Source: an uncultured virus (IMG/VR IMGVR_UViG_3300033630_000015) (taxonomy: Duplodnaviria; Heunggongvirae; Uroviricota; Caudoviricetes). From it: 64,000 bases of DNA. Position numbers and translations under genes: made by a program. Positions 27,909-38,045 of this stretch are shown here, in pieces. The stretch lies in IMG/VR virus record IMGVR_UViG_3300033630_000015; one strand, written 5' to 3'. Under the pieces are notes generated by a model, which had not been told where the DNA came from, searched no databases, and saw nothing but the letters and a program-made list of their open reading frames with translations. The first letter of the stretch is position 1; each line of letters starts with the position of its first letter.

Positions 27909-28298
27909 TCATCCAAACATGTTACCTTGTGTCGGTATCTGGTTCGTATGGACGACCTTGGCAAGCTCTTCTGCATATGCCGCGATGTTTTCTTTTCTCA
28001 GTTCTTCGTATTTCATTTCCATTTCATGTTGACTTTGCTCGTATCCGAAATTCATCCTGTACTTTTCTATCTGCAATGTCCATATATATTCTGATCCATC
28101 GGCTTCTTTGTTATACATCAAAAAGAACCCAGTTGCAGACATGTGATAATTGATGTTGTCCGCATCAATTCTGTAGCATCCGCGAGTTCCGAAGAGAAAC
28201 TTTAATATTCTGGACGATATGCTATTGTCATAATACCACACGGTCCACTGTTTTTTGGTCTCAGGTTCTCCGAATATTATTCTTCGTATTCTACTCAT
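27909..28298 (-). CDS. Hypothetical protein
   Basis: ORF overlapping the upstream stop. Confidence 0.6.
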   Translation of the reverse strand: MSRIRRIIFGEPETKKQWTVWYYDNSISSRILKFLFGTRGCYRIDADNINYHMSATGFFLMYNKEADGSEYIWTLQIEKYRMNFGYEQSQHEMEMKYEELRKENIAAYAEELAKVVHTNQIPTQGNMFG

Positions 28299-29145
28299 TT
28301 TTCAGCGCCTCCTTTGCAGCTTCGATTGAATCATATTCTCCACGATATAGTGCTGCGGCAATCTTCATCTTATTCTTTTGCGGCATGCCATCAAGAAATG
28401 GATCTGTCATGATCTTCGAACTAAATTCGATCCATGCGTTTTTCTTACCGCTTTTCTTTGTTTCTTCAGTTGCTGGGTTATTTTGTTTTACTTTATCATA
28501 ACCGGCACTCATGAAGTTTTCATCAATAACCCCCATGGTGCGGATGACGAGTTTTTTGGCCTCTGACTCACATTCCGGCAACCCGTGTTGACACAAGGCT
28601 CTAACATAATCGCCATGTGATGCCACCACATCAGCATCTCCTTTACAAAGATCACATGGATTGGTGGCTTCTTCCATTCTGATGCTGTCTACAAATTTAT
28701 CAATTTCACCGTTCTCAATCAGTTTCAGACCATCTATATATGTCCCAGCAGATTTTATGAATTTCTCCTCAACATCAGCAGGCACGTCCCGTGTTTTTTG
28801 ATATGACACCGGTTCTTCCTTGGCGGGTTTGGTCTTATTGACAACTGGCGAGGTCTGAGTATCAAAAGGTATTGTTGACGATTCACCGTTCCAAGGCTTG
28901 GTTTTATAATGATTCAGATATGCACTAGATACGTAAAACGCGCATCCGCACATCTGATCGGCTGGCTCCGATGCACTTCGTATTTTTTCTAAAGCCAATT
29001 CGCAAGGACAAGACTCAGCATGCCCACAGGGACATCTCCCGTCGCTCTCCTTCAGCAATTCTTCCCATTCCTGTGGGGATGTTCTGCCATGAATGAAGAT
29101 TCCATTGTCTTTGGCAAAATCAATTAGTTCCTGGACTTTGTTCAT
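28291..29145 (-). CDS. Protein with an N-terminal ferredoxin:thioredoxin reductase catalytic-subunit-like Cys motif
   Basis: GRCPC..SCPC..CGCAFYV resembles the FTR CPC..CPC..CHC.LF motif. Confidence 0.55.
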   Translation of the reverse strand: MNKVQELIDFAKDNGIFIHGRTSPQEWEELLKESDGRCPCGHAESCPCELALEKIRSASEPADQMCGCAFYVSSAYLNHYKTKPWNGESSTIPFDTQTSPVVNKTKPAKEEPVSYQKTRDVPADVEEKFIKSAGTYIDGLKLIENGEIDKFVDSIRMEEATNPCDLCKGDADVVASHGDYVRALCQHGLPECESEAKKLVIRTMGVIDENFMSAGYDKVKQNNPATEETKKSGKKNAWIEFSSKIMTDPFLDGMPQKNKMKIAAALYRGEYDSIEAAKEALKNE

Positions 29146-29558
29146 ATCTGAGAACCTGCCTGTATGCGATAGAATTTAACTATCCTGGCAATGTCTTCTG
29201 GGATTTCTTTCCCAGCTTTTTCCATTTCGTCAGCCCATTTTAATATGGCTTCTGTGTTTGCTGCATTGTGAGTCTTGGCAAACTCAATCTGGGCCTGAAT
29301 AAAGGCAGAAGGATTGCTGGACGATTTTATTGCCTTGTATATAACCTCAGAACCTTTCTTTATTGATTTAACGTCTTTAGCTATCTCCTCTAATTCTTTG
29401 CGACATTCTTCTCGTCCCTTTTCGTCTGGGACAAACTCGCATGCACCTCGGGCAGAGTTCCAGGCGGTCATGATTTCTGGAACTAAACATTGTACACAGG
29501 GCTTCTCTTCCTTTTGTTCAGATGTAGCGGCTACACCAGGGTCTACAACTTCTGACAT
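29142..29558 (-). CDS. Hypothetical Cys-containing protein
   Basis: GGTGA RBS; PCVQC..C..C motif. Confidence 0.6.
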   Translation of the reverse strand: MSEVVDPGVAATSEQKEEKPCVQCLVPEIMTAWNSARGACEFVPDEKGREECRKELEEIAKDVKSIKKGSEVIYKAIKSSSNPSAFIQAQIEFAKTHNAANTEAILKWADEMEKAGKEIPEDIARIVKFYRIQAGSQI

Positions 29559-29569
29559 AGTATCACCTT

Positions 29570-30004
29570 TTACCTTTTTATATAATAATTCTTCTTTAAT
29601 GGGGGTAGCATTTCTGACCCGACCAAAGCAGCGGTCCCGTTGTTGATAGAACTTACAAGCCTTGCTAATACGGAGTCTGGGAATACCACCAGTTCTACTT
29701 CGCCTCTTGCCATCAGATCCAGTAGTTCGGCAATGATGGCCTCCTGCCTTACGTTGCCAGGCAATTCTTGCGGGACTTCCCCATCTCGGATAATACGATC
29801 AGCAATCAGATGATACCTGGCGGACCAAGCAGCCGCGAAATCTCCGGTCGCTATTAGCATATCGTCCACAACATTGTCGTCGTGAAAAAACCTTCTGTGG
29901 TTAGGCCCCTCTTTACTCATTATGTCCATCATTTGATGAACATGTGGAAATTTTCTGCCGATAAGAATATCGTCTATGTTGTAATGTATCTCATGCTGTG
30001 GCAT
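29570..30004 (-). CDS. His-rich putative metal-binding protein
   Basis: H..HVHQMMD..HRRFFHD..YHLIAD. Confidence 0.5.
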   Translation of the reverse strand: MPQHEIHYNIDDILIGRKFPHVHQMMDIMSKEGPNHRRFFHDDNVVDDMLIATGDFAAAWSARYHLIADRIIRDGEVPQELPGNVRQEAIIAELLDLMARGEVELVVFPDSVLARLVSSINNGTAALVGSEMLPPLKKNYYIKR

Positions 30005-30212
30005 CCGGCTCCTCCATCTGTCTTTTCAGTTTCAATAGCTCCTCCGTTGTGAACTTGACACAGAATGATATGTAAGCCCACTCACCGTCTTTTTTGCTTA
30101 GTCGGAGTCTTGCTGCGAACTCAGAAGCCTCAAAAAGATCATCCAGTAGTTCAGCCGGGGCGCTGCCTCTTAACATCAGCGTATTCGATCGGCGGTCTAC
30201 ATTAGCCCACAT
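29991..30212 (-). CDS. Hypothetical protein
   Basis: First ORF after the divergent promoter. Confidence 0.5.
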   Translation of the reverse strand: MWANVDRRSNTLMLRGSAPAELLDDLFEASEFAARLRLSKKDGEWAYISFCVKFTTEELLKLKRQMEEPDATA

Positions 30213-30270
30213 TATACGCGTAAACTAGCAACAAATGATTTATATACTTTTCCACACGCGTAGTTTAGCA
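30213..30270. promoter_or_regulatory. Divergent archaeal promoter with flanking direct repeats
   Basis: TTTATATA at ~30239, between ACGCGTAAACTAGCA (30216) and ACGCGTAGTTTAGCA (30256). Confidence 0.55.
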
Positions 30271-31469
30271 TGGCAAAGAAACCAGGTAGGCCATCTTCCG
30301 ATGAAATAGCTACTGAATCGGTGAGACAGGCCAATGATGCTTCTAAGATTGACGTGCAGACAGATGATAACGAAACAGCTAGATTGCTAAAAGAGGCCAA
30401 TGCTATTTTAACGCAATCTGCAAAAACTGATTTATTAAAAGCCGCCGCAACAAATGCTAAAAAGGCCGCCCTAGAAGCAAAAAGAGAAGCTGAAGAAGAA
30501 TATGCTGTCATGAAAAGCAAAACAACTCCACCAACAAACCAGGGATTTCGCTCACTGCCCGCAGGATTTACGGCAGCAGATATTCGCGAGATTGCGAGTG
30601 CTCTTCCCGAGGAACAACGTGAGGCTTTCATACGGCAATCACTGGGTATGCCCAGCGGCAATAGTCTAATAAATGCTTTTATGCAGAGAACCCCAACTGC
30701 ACAACCAGTGGCTGCAACTCAGACACAAACGCAGCAACCCATGTCTTTTGCAGATATGATGCAGGGTATGATGGGTCTTATGACGATGAGCATGCAGTTG
30801 GAGCAGAAGAAGTCTGAGGAATGGCGACAGCAGCAGCAATATCTTGAAGATCAACACCGAAGGCGTGTTGAGGAGCTTCGAGAAGCCCGTGGAGAAGTCC
30901 GAGAGACAGGTCCAGATCCCATGGTTGAGGCATATAAGCTTCAGATCGAGATGTTAAAGAGTGAGTTGGACACCAATCGGGCAATGATCAAAGAACTGGT
31001 TGATGCTAAAAAGAGCGGTGGAGACAGTTCTGGCATGCTTGAATCCAAGATCTTGGAACTTACTCAGAAGAATCTGGATATCCAAAACCAGGCTCTTGAA
31101 GCGAAAGTGAAATCCATGGAGGCGCAATTGCAGCAAAGCAGTCGCTTCCAAATGAATATTAACGATATTATAAAACAGGCTAAAGAGGCTGGGGCTGATC
31201 TCAGGGTGGGGGATTCCACAGATCTTCAACTGGCCAACGATCATGAATATAGGATGGAACAGCTAAAATTGGCAAAAGAACGGGAAGACAAGATTGCCGA
31301 GGCCCAGATAGAAGCCGCCAGAGCAAAACAGGCCCAGGCACAATCTCAGCAAGAGTTGATTAAAACAATAGCCGTGGCAGTTGGTCAACAGTTGCTTTCC
31401 AAGAACGGATCAAAAGATGTGAAAGATTCCAGTGAGTCGGTGAAAAAGTTGGCAGGTGCTGTGCAATGA
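30270..31469 (+). CDS. Long coiled-coil protein (candidate scaffold/internal-membrane-associated virion protein)
   Basis: E/Q/K/A-rich heptads; Met-rich amphipathic segment MMQGMMGLMTMSM. Confidence 0.7.
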   Translation: MAKKPGRPSSDEIATESVRQANDASKIDVQTDDNETARLLKEANAILTQSAKTDLLKAAATNAKKAALEAKREAEEEYAVMKSKTTPPTNQGFRSLPAGFTAADIREIASALPEEQREAFIRQSLGMPSGNSLINAFMQRTPTAQPVAATQTQTQQPMSFADMMQGMMGLMTMSMQLEQKKSEEWRQQQQYLEDQHRRRVEELREARGEVRETGPDPMVEAYKLQIEMLKSELDTNRAMIKELVDAKKSGGDSSGMLESKILELTQKNLDIQNQALEAKVKSMEAQLQQSSRFQMNINDIIKQAKEAGADLRVGDSTDLQLANDHEYRMEQLKLAKEREDKIAEAQIEAARAKQAQAQSQQELIKTIAVAVGQQLLSKNGSKDVKDSSESVKKLAGAVQ

Positions 31470-31819
31470 GTTTGGAACAATTAGATCAAATCATTGCAGT
31501 ACACCTTAGCACGGCTGATGATTTTCCCGACGAAACGACCATCAAAGCAGCTTTTCAGCAATCAATGGTAATGGGCGCAGACCGCACTGTTAAATATATA
31601 AAATCTATGAATATATGGGAAGTTGCAAGGCCCATTCTCCAAGATGCTATTCAGGATATACCACTAGAAGAAAATCCTGAAATAGCCGGAAGGATATTTA
31701 ATGTGATGGAAACATTATATCCCAAGTTCATAATTGCCGTGGCATCGTCTCCTAAGAAGGTGACGCATGCGGGTGATATAATATCGAAGCTAATTAAGGA
31801 GATTAGAAATGGCACTTGA
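31466..31819 (+). CDS. Hypothetical protein
   Basis: ATGA coupling with the upstream gene. Confidence 0.65.
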   Translation: MSLEQLDQIIAVHLSTADDFPDETTIKAAFQQSMVMGADRTVKYIKSMNIWEVARPILQDAIQDIPLEENPEIAGRIFNVMETLYPKFIIAVASSPKKVTHAGDIISKLIKEIRNGT

Positions 31820-32630
31820 GATCAGGAATATAACAGACGACAAATACGGTCTGGTTGACCAGCCTTTCCGGGTTTACAAGGTTCCGGAAGGAGTGGGGCT
31901 TGATGAATATGCGTTGGAGGATTATCGACAACCGTTGTCTTTTGATGCAAACAAGAGACCTCTTACATATCTGCAATTGGCTAAGAACCCGGCAACCCGA
32001 AAATTCGTTCCGTTTGAGGTTCTTTATGATGCCAATGCATATACTGATGATGACATCCTAGCAATACCAACACTAGGAAACATTGGTCAGACGTGTTCTT
32101 ATTGCCAGGCCCGGAACGCTGGTGAAGAACTTGTTAGCAAACTTCCGGTTATCCAGGAGTATCAGAGACCAGTGGGTTCCCCGAAAAAGCTTGACCTTGG
32201 GGATGTCATTACTCCAAGTGTAATACCAACAGCTGTTGATGTGTTTTCGAAGATTTTTTGTCAGCCGTTGGGAGAAGCCCTGTTGAAGATCGGAGTGTCT
32301 GGATTATCTTCGATTGCTGCTGGGTGGGCATCAGAGGGTGGCACACAGGATGCTTGGAGAAAGATATCTGAAGACATTGTCAGCGAATATAAGATCTGCC
32401 CAACAGATATTCCAGCCTTCCAGCAAAATGTGCTGGCCATTAAGGAGGCTCTTGATAAAGATAAGAAAAACATTCTTGGTGCTCTCGCATCCGGCACAAT
32501 CAAGAATTTTGGTCAGCTCGCGAAGGAACATGGGTTCGAGGTTAGTGGATCAGCCGTGGCAAATGCCAAATTTGCAGGAAGAGCATCAATAGCTCCTCTG
32601 CAACGTGGAGGAGGCCGAGCAATCGACTGA
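31809..32630 (+). CDS. Hypothetical protein with a hydrophobic segment
   Basis: GGAG RBS; ALLKIGVSGLSSIAAGW. Confidence 0.65.
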   Translation: MALEIRNITDDKYGLVDQPFRVYKVPEGVGLDEYALEDYRQPLSFDANKRPLTYLQLAKNPATRKFVPFEVLYDANAYTDDDILAIPTLGNIGQTCSYCQARNAGEELVSKLPVIQEYQRPVGSPKKLDLGDVITPSVIPTAVDVFSKIFCQPLGEALLKIGVSGLSSIAAGWASEGGTQDAWRKISEDIVSEYKICPTDIPAFQQNVLAIKEALDKDKKNILGALASGTIKNFGQLAKEHGFEVSGSAVANAKFAGRASIAPLQRGGGRAID

Positions 32631-32635
32631 TCATC

Positions 32636-32848
32636 ATGAATAAAACTGCTATGAATCAAGTGACGGCATTGCTGCGGAGTAAAAATATATCCGCTTCAGA
32701 TATAAAAAGAGCAAATGAAACAGTTGCTGCAAATGGGCTCCGTATTAGCGAGCTACAGACCGCGTTGTATTTCGCTGATAATGGAGACTTGCAGCAAGCA
32801 AGAATCATGGCTGGACGAGCTGCTACTGCTATTCAGCGATTACTCTAG
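32636..32848 (+). CDS. Small helical hypothetical protein
   Basis: ORF in the operon. Confidence 0.55.
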   Translation: MNKTAMNQVTALLRSKNISASDIKRANETVAANGLRISELQTALYFADNGDLQQARIMAGRAATAIQRLL

Positions 32849-33004
32849 GGCCAGTTTCATTTTTTGTTTGGGCATTTCCGGGTTGGCTCTAAGCCAGGAA
32901 TCCACCATGGCCCTTAACTCCACGCTCATTTTCTTTTTTCTGGTAATACAGCGTTGATGGAATTCAAGCCCCATGTCATCTGATATTTCAAAGGTTATTC
33001 TCAT
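32840..33004 (-). CDS. Ribbon-helix-helix regulator
   Basis: MRITFEISDDMGLEFHQRC...MSVELRAMVDSWL; divergent from the capsid-like gene. Confidence 0.7.
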   Translation of the reverse strand: MRITFEISDDMGLEFHQRCITRKKKMSVELRAMVDSWLRANPEMPKQKMKLALE

Positions 33005-33097
33005 ATTATGCAATTGGGCTTTTAGAATATATACCTTTCGTAAAATGACAAAAAACACTTATATATAAAAAACTTGTTTTATTTATCGGTCAATTGA

Positions 33098-34297
33098 TTG
33101 ACCAGGATGAAACACATGGTAAAAGGTTTCGGAAGAATGACTTTGAATTTTAAGTATCCATTTTCCGTAGTGGGTACTACAGCTGGAGCTTCCATTCAGT
33201 GTGGGGATGACCCTGTATATGTATGGGAGCACGGCCTGGAAAGATACAGCAAACCTTGGGAACTAGCACCCGACATGGTCGCCGAGCTGGAGGGCATAGA
33301 AGTGATTGGCGGGGTAGATGCCTTCGGGCGGCGTGTTCCTATCAAGAGGATTGTTCCGGTAATAAGTGGTAATGACGTTGGCGAGAACATCTCCATTAAC
33401 GAGCACATGGCTCCTGCTCTAAGGGACGGCCCCAATGATCCCAGCTATCCGTTCCGCGACAGGCTCGCATGCGTCAACTTCGGCAAGGCTCTTCTGATGG
33501 GTGGCGGCGCAAATACCACATCTATAAAGATGGGACCAAGTGACACCCTGAACTTCAAGATCGAGTTTCCCACGGTTGCCCACGGTGGCGATGCAGTCAT
33601 AAATTCTGATCTTGAGATCAAAGCTCACATCGCCTTCGCGAAGGGTGCAGATCAGATGCTGAATGCGCTGAGATCATCCCCAGTTGCTGAGGTAGCCGCC
33701 GCTGCTGCCAATAACCAGATCAGGCAGTATGAGGTCTTGGGAGATCTTGAGATTTCTGATGTCATTGCTCCGCAGGTAATTGATAGATCGGTCCCAGCAA
33801 CAATGGATTGGTGGTCCAGCCTGAATATGGGTCTGAATGCCGATGACCCCCAGATCAAGAGAATCATCACCTATACCAAGAACAACCAGCCCACCACTCC
33901 GAATCAGGAAATGGAGATGGTGCGTGATGGTCAGTATGTCCAGGTGCCATTCCAGAATTTCAGGTGGACGGCAACTGAAAAGAAGTTTTACAGGTTTACT
34001 CATGTTGGTGTAATTCCCCATAGAAATATGTTCCAGGTGAAGTTTGATAACGGCAACAGCCGCTACCCGATGATCTTTAACTGTGAACCAAACGACAACC
34101 CGTTTGTAATGCCACAGCAATCTCTGGTTGCAGATATCAGACGTGGAGGACCAACTGAGTTGCCTCGCGCATATACCCTCATGAAGGGAATTGGATCTGT
34201 GAAGGTAACCGATAACGGTGTATCAATTCCCGCTTGGGCAGCTGGTGTTAGAGGATTCGAAATAGCCCTCTGGGGATATGAGTACACATTACAGTAG
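33098..34297 (+). CDS. Putative major capsid protein 1 (double-jelly-roll-like; true start possibly 33137)
   Basis: About 390 aa in two beta-rich halves ending FEIALWGYEY; strong TATA (TTATATATAAA ~33059); first gene of the structural block. The fold is inferred. Confidence 0.5.
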   Translation: MTRMKHMVKGFGRMTLNFKYPFSVVGTTAGASIQCGDDPVYVWEHGLERYSKPWELAPDMVAELEGIEVIGGVDAFGRRVPIKRIVPVISGNDVGENISINEHMAPALRDGPNDPSYPFRDRLACVNFGKALLMGGGANTTSIKMGPSDTLNFKIEFPTVAHGGDAVINSDLEIKAHIAFAKGADQMLNALRSSPVAEVAAAAANNQIRQYEVLGDLEISDVIAPQVIDRSVPATMDWWSSLNMGLNADDPQIKRIITYTKNNQPTTPNQEMEMVRDGQYVQVPFQNFRWTATEKKFYRFTHVGVIPHRNMFQVKFDNGNSRYPMIFNCEPNDNPFVMPQQSLVADIRRGGPTELPRAYTLMKGIGSVKVTDNGVSIPAWAAGVRGFEIALWGYEYTLQ

Positions 34298-34307
34298 GTG
34301 ATAAAAA

Positions 34308-35084
34308 ATGGCATTTGCTTTCTTCCCTATCGGTGCGGTTGGTCTGACCACGGTGCAGGGTGTTTCTGCATATTGGGTTAGACTTCCCATCGGCTCAAAG
34401 CCCATTCGTGACATCTACACTGCTGGAGTTCCTGCCGTCACTGACGGCAAGGGCGTGGTAATGATGGCACTGGGAGTACAGGAGTCCCTGGTTCTCGATG
34501 ATTGCGAGGACGCATGGGACGAGGATGTGCCGGCAAACTTTACGGTTTCGCTGGACGCCGCAGACAAGATGGTTGGAACCTCGTCTGTAAAGGTAGATAT
34601 TGCGGCTGCTGCTGCCGCTGGTACAATATTGTGCGAAGTTGTTGCACCCGGCACGGCCTTGCCCAAATTCACCCATTTGGAGTTCTGGATCAAGAGTAGC
34701 GTCGCCACCGCCGCCGGAGATCTTCAGATCCTGCTGGGCGATACCGCAAAGTGCGTCAGCCCTCTGGAAACTCTCAACGTGCCTGCCCTGGTCGCAGACA
34801 AATGGACTCATGTCCGCGTTGCACTTCTGACGCCACAGCTTGATACCGCTATCATAAGCCTCGGCCTGAAGTACACCGTAGACATTGGTGCCTGTACGAT
34901 CCATCTTGACGACTTCCGAGCCGTCAGACTAGCCACAGTTGCCACTCCACTCCAGGTCTCTCAGTTCGTCCAGGACGATGTGTATTTCGCATTGTCTGAA
35001 GCTGTGGATTCTGCGTATCATCAGAATGCCTTAATGCTGGTATATTACACCAGCCCGGACGAAGATCCAACTTGCAGCAATTAG
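34308..35084 (+). CDS. Structural protein with an inserted carbohydrate-binding (CBM-like) beta-sandwich
   Basis: LDDCED.W..GTSSVK..LEFWIKS..KWTHVRV..IHLDDFR pattern. Confidence 0.6.
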   Translation: MAFAFFPIGAVGLTTVQGVSAYWVRLPIGSKPIRDIYTAGVPAVTDGKGVVMMALGVQESLVLDDCEDAWDEDVPANFTVSLDAADKMVGTSSVKVDIAAAAAAGTILCEVVAPGTALPKFTHLEFWIKSSVATAAGDLQILLGDTAKCVSPLETLNVPALVADKWTHVRVALLTPQLDTAIISLGLKYTVDIGACTIHLDDFRAVRLATVATPLQVSQFVQDDVYFALSEAVDSAYHQNALMLVYYTSPDEDPTCSN

Positions 35085-35103
35085 AGGTAATAAAATTACC
35101 TCT

Positions 35104-35328
35104 CTATTTTTTTATAAAATTAAATAAAGTTGCTCTTATATCTCGTGTGAGACTGTCCACATCTAAATTGCTGTTTATTTTTGGCGGGAACACAATCAAG
35201 ACCCCATGATCCAGCAATTGCAGATCATCTCCGGCCTTTACGCCGTGCTGTTTCGTCCATGCGGCGGGCAATGTTATTCTATTAGATCCTCCACTTGGGA
35301 TCGCCTTGACAGTTCTAAATATTGGCAT
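35104..35328 (-). CDS. AbrB/MazE/SpoVT-family regulator
   Basis: SGGSNRITLPAAWTKQHGVKAGDDL signature. Confidence 0.85.
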   Translation of the reverse strand: MPIFRTVKAIPSGGSNRITLPAAWTKQHGVKAGDDLQLLDHGVLIVFPPKINSNLDVDSLTRDIRATLFNFIKK

Positions 35329-35448
35329 GAATAATACCACTATATTCCTAATATATAACATTGTTGAACAAGGCCATTAAATAAAAATAACCTGATTGAA
35401 CATTGTACTACTTTGTTCCGCATTTGTTTTTATATTAATCTCCCATAA

Positions 35449-36531
35449 ATGATTATTATGACAGCATTCTTGAACCTGGCATACGCCAGGTATCCAACCG
35501 AAGTACTCCCGGAAGTATTCCGGGTCAATGTACCTGTCAACAGCATAGAAGTCGCTCGATACGAGAACTTTGGCAAAAGATTGATTGAGATTCGAAATGT
35601 AGTCTCCACGAGACCCGCTGCCAATCCAATTGAAACTCTCATCGCCACCGACAAATCAGACGAAGCTCTAAGGTTATATTCAGCAGCGCAGGCCGGTGTC
35701 TGGAACGAGGACTCTCCTGCAATCTACAATAAGACCAGGGCCAGCTCCTATGCATATATCAGGCAGAGAAGTATAGGTGGGGCTGAGGCAGACATCACTA
35801 CCAGATATCACGTAGTGGTCCGGAATTACAACATGCTGGACCTCTACAGGTGGGGCGTAAAGGACCCCGAGGTAGCTCTGAACATGATCGAGAGCAGGCT
35901 TGACGATGCCGCCAAAACCCGAATCTATGATACTGCGAACCTGATCGAACGAGCCTTGATAGGATCTCTTCCTGTTCACCAGGACCTTCTGAACCCCTCG
36001 GTTGAGGAACAGTTTGAGGAAGTTAAAGAGATATCCAGACAGATCCCCGGTCTACCCGCAAATGGCGGATCTCATGTTTTATCTGGAGCCTGGATCAGAG
36101 TTCCCCCAGGATATGTAGCCGTGATCCTCGGCGTCGGGGTAGATGCCACCCAGGTCAGAAACAACCTGAGCGCAGGAGCCTTAGATCCATACGATGCCTG
36201 CCATATTTTCATCAGCCGGGACGATTTGACAAATTATGTCAGAATGGATGCTGCCTGCATGCCTTCAGGTGGTCTGGGATTACCTGATGTTGATATGAGG
36301 ATGTATATCCCGGCTTGCCAAAAGTTCCAAGTTGAGATTATCAACAACCATGCCGTTAATGCGGTGGCAGCCAACCTCCGGCTAAGGGTTCGATACGGTC
36401 TCCGAAAGATGACGATCATTGATCATCAAAAATGGGGCATCGCCTACGCAACGGATGTTGAACAGGCTGCGGCCAACGCACTGATCGAGAAGCATCAGCT
36501 TAATGACCTGATTTATATAGGCGAGATGTAA
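35449..36531 (+). CDS. Putative major capsid protein 2 (double-jelly-roll-like)
   Basis: Two beta-rich halves with parallel endings (TTRYHVVVRNYNMLD / RLRVRYGLRKMTIID); VPPGYVAVILGV is typical of jelly-roll strands. The fold is inferred. Confidence 0.5.
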   Translation: MIIMTAFLNLAYARYPTEVLPEVFRVNVPVNSIEVARYENFGKRLIEIRNVVSTRPAANPIETLIATDKSDEALRLYSAAQAGVWNEDSPAIYNKTRASSYAYIRQRSIGGAEADITTRYHVVVRNYNMLDLYRWGVKDPEVALNMIESRLDDAAKTRIYDTANLIERALIGSLPVHQDLLNPSVEEQFEEVKEISRQIPGLPANGGSHVLSGAWIRVPPGYVAVILGVGVDATQVRNNLSAGALDPYDACHIFISRDDLTNYVRMDAACMPSGGLGLPDVDMRMYIPACQKFQVEIINNHAVNAVAANLRLRVRYGLRKMTIIDHQKWGIAYATDVEQAAANALIEKHQLNDLIYIGEM

Positions 36532-36541
36532 GGAGGGAATC

Positions 36542-36913
36542 ATGCTTAAGTACAGGCATGTTCCTTTTGCCGTTTTTCGTCAACAATGCGGCGGGGTTGG
36601 CGAAGCGGGCCTCAAAAGGTACGATATAATGAATGGAGAAGATGGTCTGGCCGGCCTGGGAGTACCTGCAAAAGCCATCACCATCATGAACCATGGCCCT
36701 GGGATCTTGTATTATCAGATCTCTTCGAATGGCCGTGACGTGTCGGTTGTAGATGGAATTGATTCTGGCCAAGGTAAAGGATATCCCGCCGAAGAAGCTG
36801 TTTACGTCGGAGTTATCAGTCTGTACTCCGATAATGCAGCCACCACGTTCTCAATAAATGCCTCTCCTGGTGTATGGACCGAAGAAGAACTGATAGAATT
36901 GATGGAGGCTTAA
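36542..36913 (+). CDS. Small beta-rich structural protein (single-jelly-roll penton-like)
   Basis: GGAGG RBS; PAKAITIMNHGPGILYYQISSNG. Confidence 0.45.
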   Translation: MLKYRHVPFAVFRQQCGGVGEAGLKRYDIMNGEDGLAGLGVPAKAITIMNHGPGILYYQISSNGRDVSVVDGIDSGQGKGYPAEEAVYVGVISLYSDNAATTFSINASPGVWTEEELIELMEA

Positions 36914-36914
36914 A

Positions 36915-37949
36915 ATGCCATCGTTATTTATAACCACAATACGAGCTGATATTGACAGTCTCTACTTAAGCAGAGATTCTGGCGGAACCTTGTTTGTAGA
37001 TCAAGCGTTTCCCGGAGCTTCTGATGATAACGATGGTTTATCAGCAACATCTCCAAAAAAGACCATAACGGGGGCAATTGGTTCTGGTAGCTCCGGCTGG
37101 AAAATACGGGTCGCTCCGGGAAACTACACCGAAAACATCGTGATTCCGGCTGGATACGAAGGGTTGATAATTGAAGGCCGAGATCGTCTTGGTGCAAACA
37201 GAACAACTATTTCCCCAGCATCGGGTATTCCAATCGAGATCAATTCAAACAACGTCGAGATCTTTAATATGGAAATAATTGCTGGGACAGTCGCACCAGG
37301 AGATGCCCATAACACCGCGCTATATCTCAAGGGATTAAATCATAAAATCCATGATCTATCCATCCTCGGAAATAGCGATGGTTGTTGGGGAATATGGCTC
37401 GATGATGCTGATTACGCTGATGTGCATGACTGCTACATTGATGGCGGATATAAGGTAGATGGAATAGGTGTTTTTATCGGCGATAACACAATATCCAGCA
37501 AGATCCATAACAATTACATTACTAAATGGGGGAGCGGAGTAGGTGACGGCGGGGCCAACAATGGATATGGTATTGGTCGGCACATAAATGCACAGAGATC
37601 GCTAATCACTGAAAATGATATCCTTGATAATTACGTTGGAATCTACTATTATCCGCCCGGAGGTCCAACCGATATCGAAGGAGATTCTATAATCCACAAC
37701 AACTTCGCAGAGAATACCTCGTATGATATTTACGACACCCACGAATATCCTGAGTCTGCAATTAACATCGACAGTAATTTCTTTGGATATTCTACAGGAG
37801 GTGTCGTCTGGCATGCAGACAGCAACGGGGACAATGTTGCCGATTCCATAATATTCTGCGGAACAAATCGCGATAGACACCCATTGGCCGGGCCACATAT
37901 ATGGCGCGGAGTTGTTGGCAGCTTGCCGAGGTTCGGAGGCTTAACATGA
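36915..37949 (+). CDS. Right-handed beta-helix (NosD/pectin-lyase-like) spike protein
   Basis: DDNDGLS..PKKTI..VAPGNYTENIVI; repeated GIWL/IHNN/ITEN beta-helix rungs. Confidence 0.8.
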   Translation: MPSLFITTIRADIDSLYLSRDSGGTLFVDQAFPGASDDNDGLSATSPKKTITGAIGSGSSGWKIRVAPGNYTENIVIPAGYEGLIIEGRDRLGANRTTISPASGIPIEINSNNVEIFNMEIIAGTVAPGDAHNTALYLKGLNHKIHDLSILGNSDGCWGIWLDDADYADVHDCYIDGGYKVDGIGVFIGDNTISSKIHNNYITKWGSGVGDGGANNGYGIGRHINAQRSLITENDILDNYVGIYYYPPGGPTDIEGDSIIHNNFAENTSYDIYDTHEYPESAINIDSNFFGYSTGGVVWHADSNGDNVADSIIFCGTNRDRHPLAGPHIWRGVVGSLPRFGGLT

Positions 37950-38045
37950 AAAAATTTAGAAACACCGAAAAAGGCAAACCCGGTGAGTTGCTGGGAATTT
38001 TAGATGCTGTTCCAGTTCCTATCAAAATAGAGGAGGAGATCGAAG

